A stretch of 64,000 nucleotides of DNA, taken from NCBI GenBank assembly GCA_049903315.1, contig JBNGBT010000004.1:1-64000 (forward strand). The letters are read 5' to 3'. Within the stretch, counting starts at the first letter, position 1. Each line of letters starts with the position of its first letter. The stretch is from Candidatus Cloacimonadota bacterium (GTDB lineage Bacteria; Cloacimonadota; Cloacimonadia; JGIOTU-2). Position numbers and translations under genes: made by a program. Positions 39,755 to 50,808 of the stretch are shown one piece after another. The notes beneath the pieces were generated by a model that did no database searches, had not been told where the DNA came from, and was given only the letters and a program-made list of their open reading frames with translations.

Positions 39755-40661
39755 AAAACCAAGAATATTTATAGGTAAAGATTCAGGATTTGTTTCCTTC
39801 AAATCACAAAAATTATCATTAGCATTTAATTTGTATGGGCATCAGGATCTGGAAAATGATGTGGTCGATCCGAGACTAATAGGAGGTGTACCATTTTGGA
39901 TGTGCTTCGGAGATAGAAGTATTATACCGGCTCCTCCTTATTTTCATGGATACAGTGTCAGCGGTCCTTCCAAAATCCCATTTGGAGTAAGAATCGGAAA
40001 AGTTGTTGATACATTTATTAAATGGGGAAAAAATAAATTACATTCAAGTGGTTTTCTATCTTATCTAATAAAAGGTAACAATGAATATATTTTTCAAGGT
40101 TTCGAAGAGTATGAAGTAGATGAAAAAGGAGATATTTTATCAATTAATGGTTCTGGATATTTATGGAATCAAAAAAATGGATTGATGCAAATAATTATCA
40201 ATTCATTTTCAGCTATAATTCCCAAAATCAAACATAAGAAGAATTACAGTTTGATTAATAAAAGTGATTTAAGAATAACTAAAAAAATCGAAGTTACAAA
40301 TGAATTGTTATATATAGAAGATGATTATAGCCAAAACGACTTGAAAAATTATCATGTAATTCCATTTACATTCAGAAGTTTTTCAAATGTTGAATTGAAA
40401 TATATGAATCATTATGTCATTTTTGAGAGTCTTGATAAGCGATTTTCAGTCGCTGTGTCTTTAATTGAAAATGAAAAAGTACATCTGAAAGAAAAATTAT
40501 ATTCAAGTACTGGAGAAGTAATTCTTTGGGAGTTCATAAATTATGATGCAAGTGAAAAATCAAACATTCTCAAAAGAATTATAATACCATTCGATAAATC
40601 TATGGATTTAGTTGTTTTGGATAAACTTATGAACAAAATATTGATCAACAAAATAAAATGA
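39747..40661 (+). CDS. Hypothetical protein (beta-rich)
   Basis: Intact ORF overlapping both neighbours; N-terminal KDSGFV resembles the start of heparinase II/III C-terminal domains. Confidence 0.5.
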   Translation: MTKKPRIFIGKDSGFVSFKSQKLSLAFNLYGHQDLENDVVDPRLIGGVPFWMCFGDRSIIPAPPYFHGYSVSGPSKIPFGVRIGKVVDTFIKWGKNKLHSSGFLSYLIKGNNEYIFQGFEEYEVDEKGDILSINGSGYLWNQKNGLMQIIINSFSAIIPKIKHKKNYSLINKSDLRITKKIEVTNELLYIEDDYSQNDLKNYHVIPFTFRSFSNVELKYMNHYVIFESLDKRFSVAVSLIENEKVHLKEKLYSSTGEVILWEFINYDASEKSNILKRIIIPFDKSMDLVVLDKLMNKILINKIK

Positions 40662-41533
40662 TAAGAATAGTAAAACTTGTAATTAAAAAGATAAAAAATC
40701 TGTTTAATAATAAATATAGAAAAGGATTTGATAGAAGGCTTAGAATTGCTCCCCATGGCTGTGATCTTAATGAGAATTTGTTAGTATTTAGATATTTATG
40801 TCACCAACTTGACAAAACAATAAAAAATCCATTTGATAAAAACAATATACGGGGTTTAAGAAAATATAATAAAGCTAAAATGATTTTAATATATTTACAA
40901 ACTTCAGAATGGAAAACTTCCTCTGATGTTATTTGGGGTAGTGAAATTCTAAATAAATATGAACTTTGGAAAGAAAATAAATATATTTACGATTTAAAAA
41001 AACATAATCCCAGAAAAAAAATATCAAAGGATCTTAAAGAAATAGTATACAATAGAAGAAGTGTTAGGTTCTGGAAAAAAACATCAATTTCGATAGAAAT
41101 ATTGGAAAAAATTATTGAAATGGGTATTATGGCTCCATCTTCCTGTAATAGGCAACCTTGGAAATTTGTTATCGTTGAGAATACACAAAACATGGAAACA
41201 TTGAACGGTACAAACAATAAATCACTTATTGAAAAAGCTCCATATATTATTTATATTTCAATTGATAGAAGAATGCATCCAGAGATCTTTGCTCCTGCAA
41301 TCGATGCTGGTTTAGTAACTCAGAATATTTTGTTAGCTATTGAATATTATGGGTATAAGGGGTGTCCCGTTTATCAATGTGAGAGTATTAATCAAAAGCG
41401 AAAACAGAAAAGCCTTAATTTATCTAAGCATGATTATATTTATGTCGCGATTCCTTTGGGGCTTGCCCTCGAGGTTCCTGAAATTCCAGTTAGAGTATTA
41501 GTTAACAGTATTTTACAATTTATTAAAACATAA
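40658..41533 (+). CDS. Nitroreductase-family protein
   Basis: RRSVRFW, APSSCNRQPW, IDAGLVTQNILLA. Confidence 0.85.
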   Translation: MIRIVKLVIKKIKNLFNNKYRKGFDRRLRIAPHGCDLNENLLVFRYLCHQLDKTIKNPFDKNNIRGLRKYNKAKMILIYLQTSEWKTSSDVIWGSEILNKYELWKENKYIYDLKKHNPRKKISKDLKEIVYNRRSVRFWKKTSISIEILEKIIEMGIMAPSSCNRQPWKFVIVENTQNMETLNGTNNKSLIEKAPYIIYISIDRRMHPEIFAPAIDAGLVTQNILLAIEYYGYKGCPVYQCESINQKRKQKSLNLSKHDYIYVAIPLGLALEVPEIPVRVLVNSILQFIKT

Positions 41534-41544
41534 AGGTTTTTCTT

Positions 41545-42810
41545 TTGAAGAAACTTAGGATCTTACATTGTGCTAGAGAGGGTTTCCCTATAGTATCAGG
41601 AAATACTGTAAGAGTTAGAAATATTTCAAAAGCACAGACAAAAAATAATGATGTTATAGTTGCTGTAGGGGATTATAAAAGGAATAATAAACAAGTTACA
41701 AGAGGTTATTGTTATAGAGTTGACAATGTAGATTACTATGTTTGTAACAAAAAATATCTCAACGATGTCGGTTTTAATAAGAAGTTTTTTTCATTCCCCC
41801 GTAGTTGGTTTAATATTTTACAATATAAGAATTTTATTACAGAATTAGCAATAAAACATGAAGTGGATATTATTCATGGTCATTCTTCATATTCAAATGC
41901 TCTACCAGCTTTATTATCGGCTAAGAAGTTAGGCATCCCATTCATTTATGATATGAATGGAATTACTGAATTATCCAGACTTGCTAATGGTGTTTTCAGT
42001 GAGAAAAGCATCAAATATAAATGGCTCTCCTTCTGGGAGCAGTTTGTCATAAAAAAAGCAGATGGAATTAGCTGTATAAACAAAGGTGTAGTAGATTATA
42101 TTATTAACAAAAAGTTGAAATCGAAAACTAAAATGATTGTCATTAATAATGGCGTTGATACCGATTTTTTTTTCCATAAAATTGTTAATACCTCTTGTTT
42201 GAAGATAGGTAATTTATTGGATAATGTTTTCAAAATTGGAATGGTATCACCAAGATACCATGAGGGGATTTATTTTCTATTAAATTCAATCGCTGAATAT
42301 TTTGAAAATTTCCCCGAAGATAGACTTATCATATTTGGAAATGGAAAGGACATGAATGAAGATTCTAAAGTGATTAATATTATAAAAAAAAATAAATTTA
42401 AAAATAACATATATTTAACTGGTCGAATTCCTTTTGATAAAATAAATGAGTATTACAATATTCCCGATCTGTTCATTATACCAAGAATTAAAACTAAAGA
42501 AAACAACATGGTAAGTCCATTAAAGACACTTGAACTAATGGCAGTTGGTAAACCTTTGTTAATAAGTGATGTCTTAGGATTAACAAATCAAATAGAAAAT
42601 AATTCAACTGGCATAGTATTTAGGGCAGAAGACAGAAATGATTTCATAAAGAAATTGTTATATTGCAGGAATAATTATAATAATTTACTGGAGATGGGAT
42701 TAAGAGCACGTAATTATGTAAGTAGCTATTACTCATGGGATTCAGTTGTTAATAATTATTTTATTTTATATAAAGACTTAATAAAAAATACATTTCATAG
42801 AGAATCGTGA
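41545..42810 (+). CDS. Glycosyltransferase family 4
   Basis: IIHGHS, INNGVD, PLKTLELMAVGKP, SDV.GL. Confidence 0.9.
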   Translation: MKKLRILHCAREGFPIVSGNTVRVRNISKAQTKNNDVIVAVGDYKRNNKQVTRGYCYRVDNVDYYVCNKKYLNDVGFNKKFFSFPRSWFNILQYKNFITELAIKHEVDIIHGHSSYSNALPALLSAKKLGIPFIYDMNGITELSRLANGVFSEKSIKYKWLSFWEQFVIKKADGISCINKGVVDYIINKKLKSKTKMIVINNGVDTDFFFHKIVNTSCLKIGNLLDNVFKIGMVSPRYHEGIYFLLNSIAEYFENFPEDRLIIFGNGKDMNEDSKVINIIKKNKFKNNIYLTGRIPFDKINEYYNIPDLFIIPRIKTKENNMVSPLKTLELMAVGKPLLISDVLGLTNQIENNSTGIVFRAEDRNDFIKKLLYCRNNYNNLLEMGLRARNYVSSYYSWDSVVNNYFILYKDLIKNTFHRES

Positions 42811-43976
42811 ACAATAGGAAAAAAATCGCTTGGATCGTTCCCAAAACCTTCCAAATTACGGAAAGTCGTGTTTACAAAGAAGCTAGTTCCCTTACAAAAG
42901 CTGGTTATGAAGTTAAAATATTCTCAATGCTGCAAATCGAAGGTCTGAAGAAGAAAGAATTGGTAAATAAAATAGAAATTGAAAGAATCGATTTTCCATT
43001 TCTAAAGATGTTTGGCTTTCCCTTAAAAAAAGGAAAATTATTATTACCTATCTTTACTATAAGGGTTCTAAAAAAATTAAAAAAATTCAAACCTGATGTT
43101 ATCTATTGTATGAATTTGCTTTCTGTACATATAGGAGTAATTGGAAAAAAATGGTTTAGATCGAAATGTATATACGACTCTCATGATTTATATGTTGATC
43201 AGAGCGAAAGATTTAATTCTCATTTTATTATAAGAAAATGTACGATGTTATATGAAAAATTTTTATCAAGAAATGTGGACCATGTAATACAAACTACTGA
43301 AGGACGATGCAATCAATTTAAGTCTTATTATGGAATAAACGCCGTAAAAATTATGAATAAACCTCTTGTCTCTTCAACAAATTTAAAACTACCACAATCT
43401 ATTATAAGATTTCAGAACTATAATTCAAAAATAATTGGATATGTAGGTTCCATCCATAAACATAGAGGATTAGAACAAATGGTCCAAGCAATATCAGATC
43501 TTGAAGGTGTACAGATAGTGTTATTGGGGTATGCAAGGAGTAAATGGGCAAAGGACTTTTTAGAAAAATACAAACATCAAGTTATCGTAATTCCTCCTGT
43601 TTCACCAGAGCAAATTACAGCTTCAATAAAAATATTCACTATTGGATTTTCTTTGATTCAAAATTCAGGACTAAGTTATTATTACTCTTGCCCAACAAAG
43701 GTTTTTGAATTAATTGTAGCTGGGATTCCTCAAATTACAAGTAATTTTCCTGAGATGAAGAATCTAATATTGAATAATTCAGTAGGGCCTGTAGGACGAG
43801 TCGTTAATCCTGATAACATTAATGAGATCAGAGAAGCGGTGACTGGATTATTAAATAATAAAGAAGAATATCTCAAATATAAAAAAAATTGCCAAGAATT
43901 AAGTAAGAATTGTGAATGGTTTACAGAAGAAAAAAAAATTATTAAACTAGTAAATTCTTTTTGGATGGATAAATGA
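42807..43976 (+). CDS. Glycosyltransferase family 4
   Basis: RVYKEA.SL, YDSHD, YVGSI...RGLE, PTKVFE..VAGIP.ITSNFPE. Confidence 0.9.
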   Translation: MNNRKKIAWIVPKTFQITESRVYKEASSLTKAGYEVKIFSMLQIEGLKKKELVNKIEIERIDFPFLKMFGFPLKKGKLLLPIFTIRVLKKLKKFKPDVIYCMNLLSVHIGVIGKKWFRSKCIYDSHDLYVDQSERFNSHFIIRKCTMLYEKFLSRNVDHVIQTTEGRCNQFKSYYGINAVKIMNKPLVSSTNLKLPQSIIRFQNYNSKIIGYVGSIHKHRGLEQMVQAISDLEGVQIVLLGYARSKWAKDFLEKYKHQVIVIPPVSPEQITASIKIFTIGFSLIQNSGLSYYYSCPTKVFELIVAGIPQITSNFPEMKNLILNNSVGPVGRVVNPDNINEIREAVTGLLNNKEEYLKYKKNCQELSKNCEWFTEEKKIIKLVNSFWMDK

Positions 43977-44590
43977 AGATAGTCATTATTGATTATGGAA
44001 TGGGTAATAATAAATCAATACAGAATCAACTAAATAGGATTGGTGTTAATTCAATAATTTCAAACAAATCATCAGATCTAAAAGATGCTGATAAGCTTAT
44101 ATTACCTGGTGTAGGTCATTTTGATAATGGGATAGATCACCTGAATAAACATCATTTGATAGAGACTCTTAATAAAAGAGTGTTAATAGATAATATACCA
44201 ATCTTAGGAATTTGCCTCGGAATGCAACTTTTTGCTAAAGATAGTGAAGAAGGAATGTCTAAAGGATTAGGTTGGATTGATGCCCATGTTGTGCGATTCA
44301 GTAATTCGAAGTTAGAGAAACAATTTCGAATCCCTCATATAGGTTGGAATAATCTAAATATTCAAAGGCAAAGTAACCTTCTGGAAGGTATAGACGAACA
44401 ATCATTTTTTTATTTTGTACATTCTTATTATTTGTATAGTCATGATTCAAAAATAATTCTTGCAACAACTGAGTATTCCGAAAAATTTACATCAGTTGTA
44501 CAAAAAAAGAATATTTTTGGAACTCAATTCCATCCAGAAAAGAGTCATGATGCTGGAATCAGAATATTGAAAAATTTCTGTAGGATATAG
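43973..44590 (+). CDS. HisH-like glutamine amidotransferase subunit (WbuY-type)
   Basis: DYGMGN, LPGVG, GICLGMQ, PHIGWN, YFVHSY, QFHPEKS. Confidence 0.9.
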   Translation: MKIVIIDYGMGNNKSIQNQLNRIGVNSIISNKSSDLKDADKLILPGVGHFDNGIDHLNKHHLIETLNKRVLIDNIPILGICLGMQLFAKDSEEGMSKGLGWIDAHVVRFSNSKLEKQFRIPHIGWNNLNIQRQSNLLEGIDEQSFFYFVHSYYLYSHDSKIILATTEYSEKFTSVVQKKNIFGTQFHPEKSHDAGIRILKNFCRI

Positions 44591-44592
44591 AT

Positions 44593-45351
44593 ATGTTTAG
44601 ATATAGGGTAATACCCTGTTTATTGTTAAGTAATAATGGACTGGTAAAAACGGTGAAGTTTAAATCTCCTAGGTACATTGGAGATACAATAAATGCTGTT
44701 CGAATTTTTAATGAAAGCTTTGCTGATGAACTGATACTCTTGGATATTACTGCTACAAAGGAAAAAAGAATTCCACCTCTTAATCTAATATCTGAATTAT
44801 CAGATGAATGTTTTATGCCTTTTGGAGTAGGGGGTGGTATAAGAAAACTCGATGATGTAAAAAAAATCATTCAGTCTGGTGCAGAAAAGATAATTGTAAA
44901 TAGCTATGCAACGGAAAATCCAAAATTTGTTTATGATGCTGCTAAATGTGTAGGAAGTCAAAGTATAGTTGTTTCTCTAGACGTAAAGAAAACTATTTGG
45001 GGTAAATATAAAGTTTTCCGAGATTCGGGAAAAACTAATACAGGTCTAGATCCGAAGAATTTTGCATTAACAATGCAAAATAATGGAGCTGGAGAGATAT
45101 TCCTTAATTCAATTGATCGAGATGGCACATTTTTAGGATATGATACTGAATTAATCGAGATAGTTTCTGAAGCTTTAACAATACCTGTAATAGCTTGTGG
45201 AGGAGCAAGAAATATAAGTGATTTTAAATCAGCTATTGAATGTGGTGCTTCAGGAGTTAGTGCAGGTAGTCTTTTTGTTTATCAAGGTAAGCACAATGCC
45301 GTTATGATTAATTATCCCAACAGAAACCAATTAAAAGAGTTATTTTTTTAG
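44593..45351 (+). CDS. HisF-like cyclase subunit (WbuZ/HisF2-type)
   Basis: RVIPCLLL...LVKT.KF, DECFMP..VGGG, SIDRDGT, AGSLFVY.G...AV.INYP (glycan-associated subtype). Confidence 0.9.
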   Translation: MFRYRVIPCLLLSNNGLVKTVKFKSPRYIGDTINAVRIFNESFADELILLDITATKEKRIPPLNLISELSDECFMPFGVGGGIRKLDDVKKIIQSGAEKIIVNSYATENPKFVYDAAKCVGSQSIVVSLDVKKTIWGKYKVFRDSGKTNTGLDPKNFALTMQNNGAGEIFLNSIDRDGTFLGYDTELIEIVSEALTIPVIACGGARNISDFKSAIECGASGVSAGSLFVYQGKHNAVMINYPNRNQLKELFF

Positions 45352-45362
45352 AGGAGATTACT

Positions 45363-46481
45363 GTGAAAGAAAAGTTAGTGATTTGTAATAGATGTATATT
45401 GGATTCAATGATTCCTAATATTGCTTTTAATGAAAAAGGTATATGTAACTACTGTAGTTTATTAGATAAGTTAGCAAAAAAGTATGATTTAAATCAAACG
45501 AACAAAAAAAAAATAGATGAAAAAATATCAAGAATCAAGAAAGATGGCAAAAATAAAAAATATGATTGTATTATCGGTGTTAGCGGTGGTGCTGATAGCA
45601 CCTATGTGTTGTATCTAGCTAAAAAACTTGGTCTAAGACCTTTGGCCGTCCATTGTGATAATGGATGGAATTCAGAGCTAGCTGTAGATAATATCAAAAA
45701 TATGTTAAATATTTTGGAAATAGATTTGTATACGTATGTAATTAATTGGGAAGAATTTAAAGAATTACAAAAAGCTTACTTAAGAGCTTCAGTTCCAGAC
45801 GTTGAATCCTTAACTGATAATGCTAATACTCGAGTGTTATATTATTCTGCACTAAAGTTTGGTGTAAAACATATAATTAAGGGCAACAATTTTAGAACTG
45901 AGGGAATAATTCCACGTGGATGGACATATTACGACGGTAAGTATTTTAACAATATTATAAAACAATTTTCAGATATTAATATTAAAACCTATCCAAAGAT
46001 GACTTTATTCCATCATATTTATTTCAAAAAAATCAGAAAAATAGAAATTTTTAAAATTCTAAATTATGTCCCTTATGAGAAAAAGGAAATTATTAAACTG
46101 TTAGCAAATAAGCTCAATTGGAGAAATTACGTTGGTAAACATTATGAATCAATTTTTACAAGATTTTTTCAATCCTATTACCTTCCTCGAAAATTTAACA
46201 TTGACAAAAGAAAAATTCACCTTTCTGCATTAATTTGTTCTGGTCAAATGTCTAGATCGGAAGCTTTAAATGAAATTTCAAAAGACCCCTATCCTAAAGA
46301 TTTGATAGAGAAGGATATTATTTATATCCGTAAGAAACTAGGTTTCACTAAGGATGAGTTTAATAAAATTTTGAATGCTCCTCCCAAGTCATTCTTAGAT
46401 TACAAGAATCAATATCAACTAATTAATTTTATAAAAAAAATCAGAAAAAAGTTTAATTCAAATACTTTAACTAGGCCCTAA
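45363..46481 (+). CDS. N-acetyl sugar amidotransferase (WbuX/WbpG-like)
   Basis: CNRC...CNYC, PP-loop GVSGGADS, DNGWNSELA, KHYES.FTRF, DKRK.HLS. Confidence 0.9.
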   Translation: MKEKLVICNRCILDSMIPNIAFNEKGICNYCSLLDKLAKKYDLNQTNKKKIDEKISRIKKDGKNKKYDCIIGVSGGADSTYVLYLAKKLGLRPLAVHCDNGWNSELAVDNIKNMLNILEIDLYTYVINWEEFKELQKAYLRASVPDVESLTDNANTRVLYYSALKFGVKHIIKGNNFRTEGIIPRGWTYYDGKYFNNIIKQFSDINIKTYPKMTLFHHIYFKKIRKIEIFKILNYVPYEKKEIIKLLANKLNWRNYVGKHYESIFTRFFQSYYLPRKFNIDKRKIHLSALICSGQMSRSEALNEISKDPYPKDLIEKDIIYIRKKLGFTKDEFNKILNAPPKSFLDYKNQYQLINFIKKIRKKFNSNTLTRP

Positions 46482-46804
46482 CAATCTATATATTTCATGT
46501 TTTTATGAATCTAATTTGTACTATAGATAAACATCTAAAAATTTGGATGATTTCAATCGAATAATAGGTATAGGATTATCTCTGATTTTAACAAAGAATT
46601 CACTTATTCATGGCCATTTCATTGGTGGAGATTTAAGATTATCTCTAATTTAAAAGATTTAGAAAATATAGTTGAGAAACTAGATTTATTATTTGTAAGT
46701 ATAAAGAATAAATCTATAATATGGGAATAAAGTGATATTAAACATTGATACGAATCACAAATCAAAATCTATAAGATATTGTATTAAAATATAGTGGAGA
46801 AAAT

Positions 46805-48928
46805 ATGTTACAACTAACACAGAATCTTAAAAATGGTGAGATGAAGGTACTAGAAGTTCCTTTCCCAAGTTTATCAGACAATCAAATATTAGTAAGAAAT
46901 CATTACTCGGTGATTAGTGCTGGTACAGAAGGTAGATCAGTTCGTGATGCAAGAGCCAATTATGTAAATAAGGCCAAATCAAGACCGAACGAAGTTAAAC
47001 AAGTCCTAAACACAGTTAAAACTCAGGGAGTTATTGGAACTTATAAAATAGTAATGGATAAGTTGAATTCATTATCTTATCTTGGTTATTGTTGTGCTGG
47101 CGAAGTAATAGAAGTTGGCAAAAACATTACTAAGTTTCAAGTTGGTGATATAGTTGCTTGTGGAGGACAAGGAGCTGTACATGCAGAAGTTGTAAGTGTA
47201 TTGGAAAATCTTTGTGTTAAAATTCCTGAAAATATTGATTTACGCTATGCATCTTTTGCTACAATTGCATCTATAGCAATTCAAGGTATTAGGCAAGCAG
47301 ACAATAGATTCGGTGAAAGTTGTTTGATAATTGGTTTAGGATTGCTAGGTCAATTTACAATTCAAATTCTTAACGCAGCAGGGATTAAAACAATAGGTGT
47401 AGATATAGATAAAGAAAAGGTTGAATTAGCTAAAAATAATGGTTGTAATTTAGCATTACACAGAGAAGAATCAGGATTAGTTGAGCAAATAATGGATTTC
47501 TCAGACGGTAATGGTGTAGATTCTGTGATTATTACAGCGGCTACAAAATCAAATGATCCTGTTAATTTGGCAGGAGAAGTCTCTAGAATGAAAGCTAAAA
47601 TTATTAGTGTTGGAAGGATATCAACTGATTTCAATCGAGATCCATATTATAACAAAGAACTAGAATTGTTAATGTCTTGTTCATATGGTCCAGGTAGATA
47701 TGATGTCTCATACGAAGAAAAATGTGTTGATTATCCAATTGGGTATGTTAGATGGACAGAAAATAGAAACATGCAAGCTTATATTGATTTATTAGAAAAG
47801 AAGAAAATTAATATCGAACCATTAATTACTCACACTTTCGATTTTTCTGATGCAAAAAAAGGTTACGATCTTATAATAAATAATACTGAACCTTTTCTTG
47901 GTATATTATTGAAATATAATGTTTCAATAAAAACTAATAAAAATTATGAAAATCCAAATATAAAGCATGAGAAAGAGAATCTGAAGGTTGGATTTATCGG
48001 GGCAGGTTCTTTTGCAAGAAGCTTTTTATTACCGAACTTTCCGAAGGAAGTTGATCTTGTCTCTGTAACAACATCTTCAGGGCAGAATGCTCGACATGTG
48101 GCGGATAAATTTAATTTTAGAAATGCTGTAGGAGATTCGCAACAAATAATTAAAGATCAAACCGTTAATACTGTTTTTATAGCAACTCGACATAATACTC
48201 ATGCAAACTTCGTATTGGAAGCTTTAAGAGCAGGAAAGAATGTCTTTGTGGAAAAACCACTTTGTATGCATCCAGAAGAATTAGAAAAAATAAAAGACGA
48301 ATACAATAAACATAACAAATTATTAATGGTAGGTTTTAATAGAAGGTTCTCACCGTTAATCCAAAAAACGATAGAGATTTTAGGTGAGAGCACAAAAAAA
48401 ACAATTAACTACAGGATTAATCTAGGTTATATTGACCCAAAACATTGGACACAGGATAAAAGTATTGGCGGTGGAAGAATTATTGGAGAAGTTTGTCATT
48501 TTATAGATTTATGTATGTATCTTGTTGGATCTAAACCTATTAAAATTTCATCCTTTGCAATGGATGATCCAAACAATTTAGATGATACAGTTATTATAAA
48601 CCTGAAATTCAAGAATGGATCAATTGCAACAATTTCATATTTTACAAATGGAAGTAAGTTGTTAGATAAGGAATATTTAGAAATTTACTCTAATGGGACA
48701 ACGACCGTAATTGAGGACTATAAAAAGTTAACCATATATAGTAAAAAGAAAAAAACAATAAAAATTAAACAAAATAAAGGGCACAGAAAGGAACTATTTA
48801 AATTTTTTGACTCGATAAAAAATGGAAAAGAGTGTCCAATTTCTTTTGACGACATATATTGGTCTTCAAAAATGACATTTGATGTTCTGGAATCAATAAA
48901 AGAGAGTAAAACTATTTCATATGATTAG
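46805..48928 (+). CDS. Bi-domain oxidoreductase (MDR alcohol dehydrogenase plus Gfo/Idh/MocA)
   Basis: SVISAGTE, GLGLLGQ, SYGPGRYD, YVRWTENRN; second domain GAGSFA, VEKPL, GFNRRFSP, GGGRIIGEVCHF. Confidence 0.92.
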   Translation: MLQLTQNLKNGEMKVLEVPFPSLSDNQILVRNHYSVISAGTEGRSVRDARANYVNKAKSRPNEVKQVLNTVKTQGVIGTYKIVMDKLNSLSYLGYCCAGEVIEVGKNITKFQVGDIVACGGQGAVHAEVVSVLENLCVKIPENIDLRYASFATIASIAIQGIRQADNRFGESCLIIGLGLLGQFTIQILNAAGIKTIGVDIDKEKVELAKNNGCNLALHREESGLVEQIMDFSDGNGVDSVIITAATKSNDPVNLAGEVSRMKAKIISVGRISTDFNRDPYYNKELELLMSCSYGPGRYDVSYEEKCVDYPIGYVRWTENRNMQAYIDLLEKKKINIEPLITHTFDFSDAKKGYDLIINNTEPFLGILLKYNVSIKTNKNYENPNIKHEKENLKVGFIGAGSFARSFLLPNFPKEVDLVSVTTSSGQNARHVADKFNFRNAVGDSQQIIKDQTVNTVFIATRHNTHANFVLEALRAGKNVFVEKPLCMHPEELEKIKDEYNKHNKLLMVGFNRRFSPLIQKTIEILGESTKKTINYRINLGYIDPKHWTQDKSIGGGRIIGEVCHFIDLCMYLVGSKPIKISSFAMDDPNNLDDTVIINLKFKNGSIATISYFTNGSKLLDKEYLEIYSNGTTTVIEDYKKLTIYSKKKKTIKIKQNKGHRKELFKFFDSIKNGKECPISFDDIYWSSKMTFDVLESIKESKTISYD

Positions 48929-48947
48929 ATTTTTTATGAGGTAAGAT

Positions 48948-50063
48948 GTGAAGAAAATTCTTTTAATCTCTACTTTTTTTCAAGATAAAACGCAATATAT
49001 TCAGATTCAAATAGCTGATACACTTTTCGAATTAGGTTATGAAGTTACTGTAATAGCTTCTAATAAAAGTCTTATTGAAGATAAAATTGTAAATGATAAA
49101 AAGCCATACGAAATCCATAGGATAGACAAGTATATTAGAATTACTGATACATTTTACCCAATTGAAAAGAAAAGGATAGAAATTCATAAATTTGATCCAG
49201 ATATAGCAATTCTAATATATCCTGGATTTGGTTTACCATTTTTTTTATTAAAATATATTCCCCCAAGAACCAAGATTATCTCAATATTTGGAGATATACA
49301 TCAGCATGCTCAATTAAAATTAGGGAATAAATTAATTAAGCAATTTATTAAGTATTCTTGGTATAAAACCATTATTAAGCGTTCTGTAATTGTTGGTGGT
49401 GTTACTGATCAAACTATAAATATTCTGCGGAATGTACCTAAATTGAAAAAAGTTTTGGATTCAAAACTTAAGAGAATTGAATTAGGTTTTAATTCGAAAA
49501 ACTATTTTCTATGCTCTGAAGTGAGAGAAAAAATTAGAAGTAAACTTGGTTATACAAATAATACGATTGTGTTAATTACCATAACAAGAATTGTTCAACA
49601 TAAACCAGTCGATAAATGGCTTGTTCCAATATTCAATGCTCTAGAAAAGAACAATAGGTTAAAGTATATTCTTGCAGGTTTTAATGAATCAGAGTTTTCA
49701 AGTCAGATAAAAAAGGCTATTCGAGAATCTAAATATTCACAAAGAATAAAGTTATATGATTATGTTGAAACACAATTTATGAATACATTATTTAACTGTG
49801 CAGATTATGGGGTTTGGTTTTCATCTGCTTCTATTGCAATTCAACAAGCCATGGGAACCGGCTTACCAGTTTTTCTAATGTGTCAGGAGACCTTAGGACA
49901 TTTATTAGATGAAGGTTGTAATGGAGTTTACTATAAAGATTACAATGATTTAACATTGAAATTAATTGCACTTAAACAAAAATTAAATAGAAGTAATATA
50001 GCACAAATGAATCATAAGTTTTCTTATCATAAAATTCTAGAAGAAATACTAAAATCAGTTTAA
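48948..50063 (+). CDS. Glycosyltransferase (GT4-like)
   Basis: GT-B pattern: ITRI..HK, ADYGVW, QQAMGTGLPV, NGVYY. Confidence 0.75.
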   Translation: MKKILLISTFFQDKTQYIQIQIADTLFELGYEVTVIASNKSLIEDKIVNDKKPYEIHRIDKYIRITDTFYPIEKKRIEIHKFDPDIAILIYPGFGLPFFLLKYIPPRTKIISIFGDIHQHAQLKLGNKLIKQFIKYSWYKTIIKRSVIVGGVTDQTINILRNVPKLKKVLDSKLKRIELGFNSKNYFLCSEVREKIRSKLGYTNNTIVLITITRIVQHKPVDKWLVPIFNALEKNNRLKYILAGFNESEFSSQIKKAIRESKYSQRIKLYDYVETQFMNTLFNCADYGVWFSSASIAIQQAMGTGLPVFLMCQETLGHLLDEGCNGVYYKDYNDLTLKLIALKQKLNRSNIAQMNHKFSYHKILEEILKSV

Positions 50064-50068
50064 ATTAT

Positions 50069-50808
50069 GGTTCATGACAACTTAACTTGACTTTAAGGAG
50101 CCGTAAGTTGTTGTTATGAAGATGATTAATAGGTATGCATACCGTTCAAGAATTTCTGAAGCAAAATTCAGAGAAATTATTAAGTTATTTAGTGCTGATT
50201 TGACGAGTAGTCAAATAGCACAATTAAGTGGAATAAGTAGAAACACTATAAACAAAATTCTTAAAGCAGTAAGGTTCAGAATTGCAGAACATTGTGAACA
50301 GGAAAGTCCTTTTGATAAAGGCGAGATTGAACTCGATGAGAGTTATTTCGGAGCTCGAAGAGTACGAGGTAAGAGAGGGCGCGGAGCTCGTGGTAAAACA
50401 ATCGTATTTTGAATGATCAAAAGACATGAAAAAGTGTTTACACAAATCGTGAAAAGCTGCACAGCTAAAGAACTTCTTTCGATAGTGAAAGAAAAGGTTC
50501 CTAGAGAATCTTCTATCTATACTGACACGTTTAGAAGCTATGATGGATTGGTCAATATGGGTTATAAAAAGCATTATCGAATAGCACATGGTAAGAATGA
50601 ATTCGCTAAAGAACGTAATCACATAAATGGTATAGAAAACTTCTTGGGACTTGCAAAAGTATGCCTAGTTAAGTTCAGAGGAATGCATAAATCTACCTTT
50701 AATTTGCATCTTAAAGAATGTGAATTTAGATATAATTATAGACACCAAAATCTCTATGATCTTTTATTGGAAATGTTAAGAAAAAAACCCCTTAAGTTGT
50801 CATGAACC
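50069..50808 (+). mobile_element. IS1595-family insertion sequence (740 bp)
   Basis: Perfect 17-bp terminal inverted repeats GGTTCATGACAACTTAA (50069-50085) and TTAAGTTGTCATGAACC (50792-50808). Flanks differ, so no target-site duplication. Confidence 0.92.
50116..50805 (+). pseudogene. IS1595 (ISXO2-like) DDE transposase with an in-frame TGA at 50410-50412
   Basis: ELDESYFG..RVRGKRGRGA.GKTIVF*MIKR (GGA>TGA), IYTD.FRSYD, HINGIENF, HLKECEFRYN. Confidence 0.92.

Noticed and set aside
43973..45351. Histidine biosynthesis hisH/hisF
   Set aside because: No other his genes; adjacent to an N-acetyl sugar amidotransferase, and the HisF has the glycan-associated C-terminal motif.
46482..46804. Possible gene remnant between the amidotransferase and the bi-domain oxidoreductase
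   Set aside because: Fragmentary frames with no motif I can assign confidently.
50410..50412. TGA-to-Gly recoding (genetic code 25), suggested by a TGA at a conserved Gly
   Set aside because: Many intact genes here end in TGA (hipB, rfbB, the acetyltransferase) and other long ORFs have no internal TGA; a single GGA>TGA mutation is simpler.
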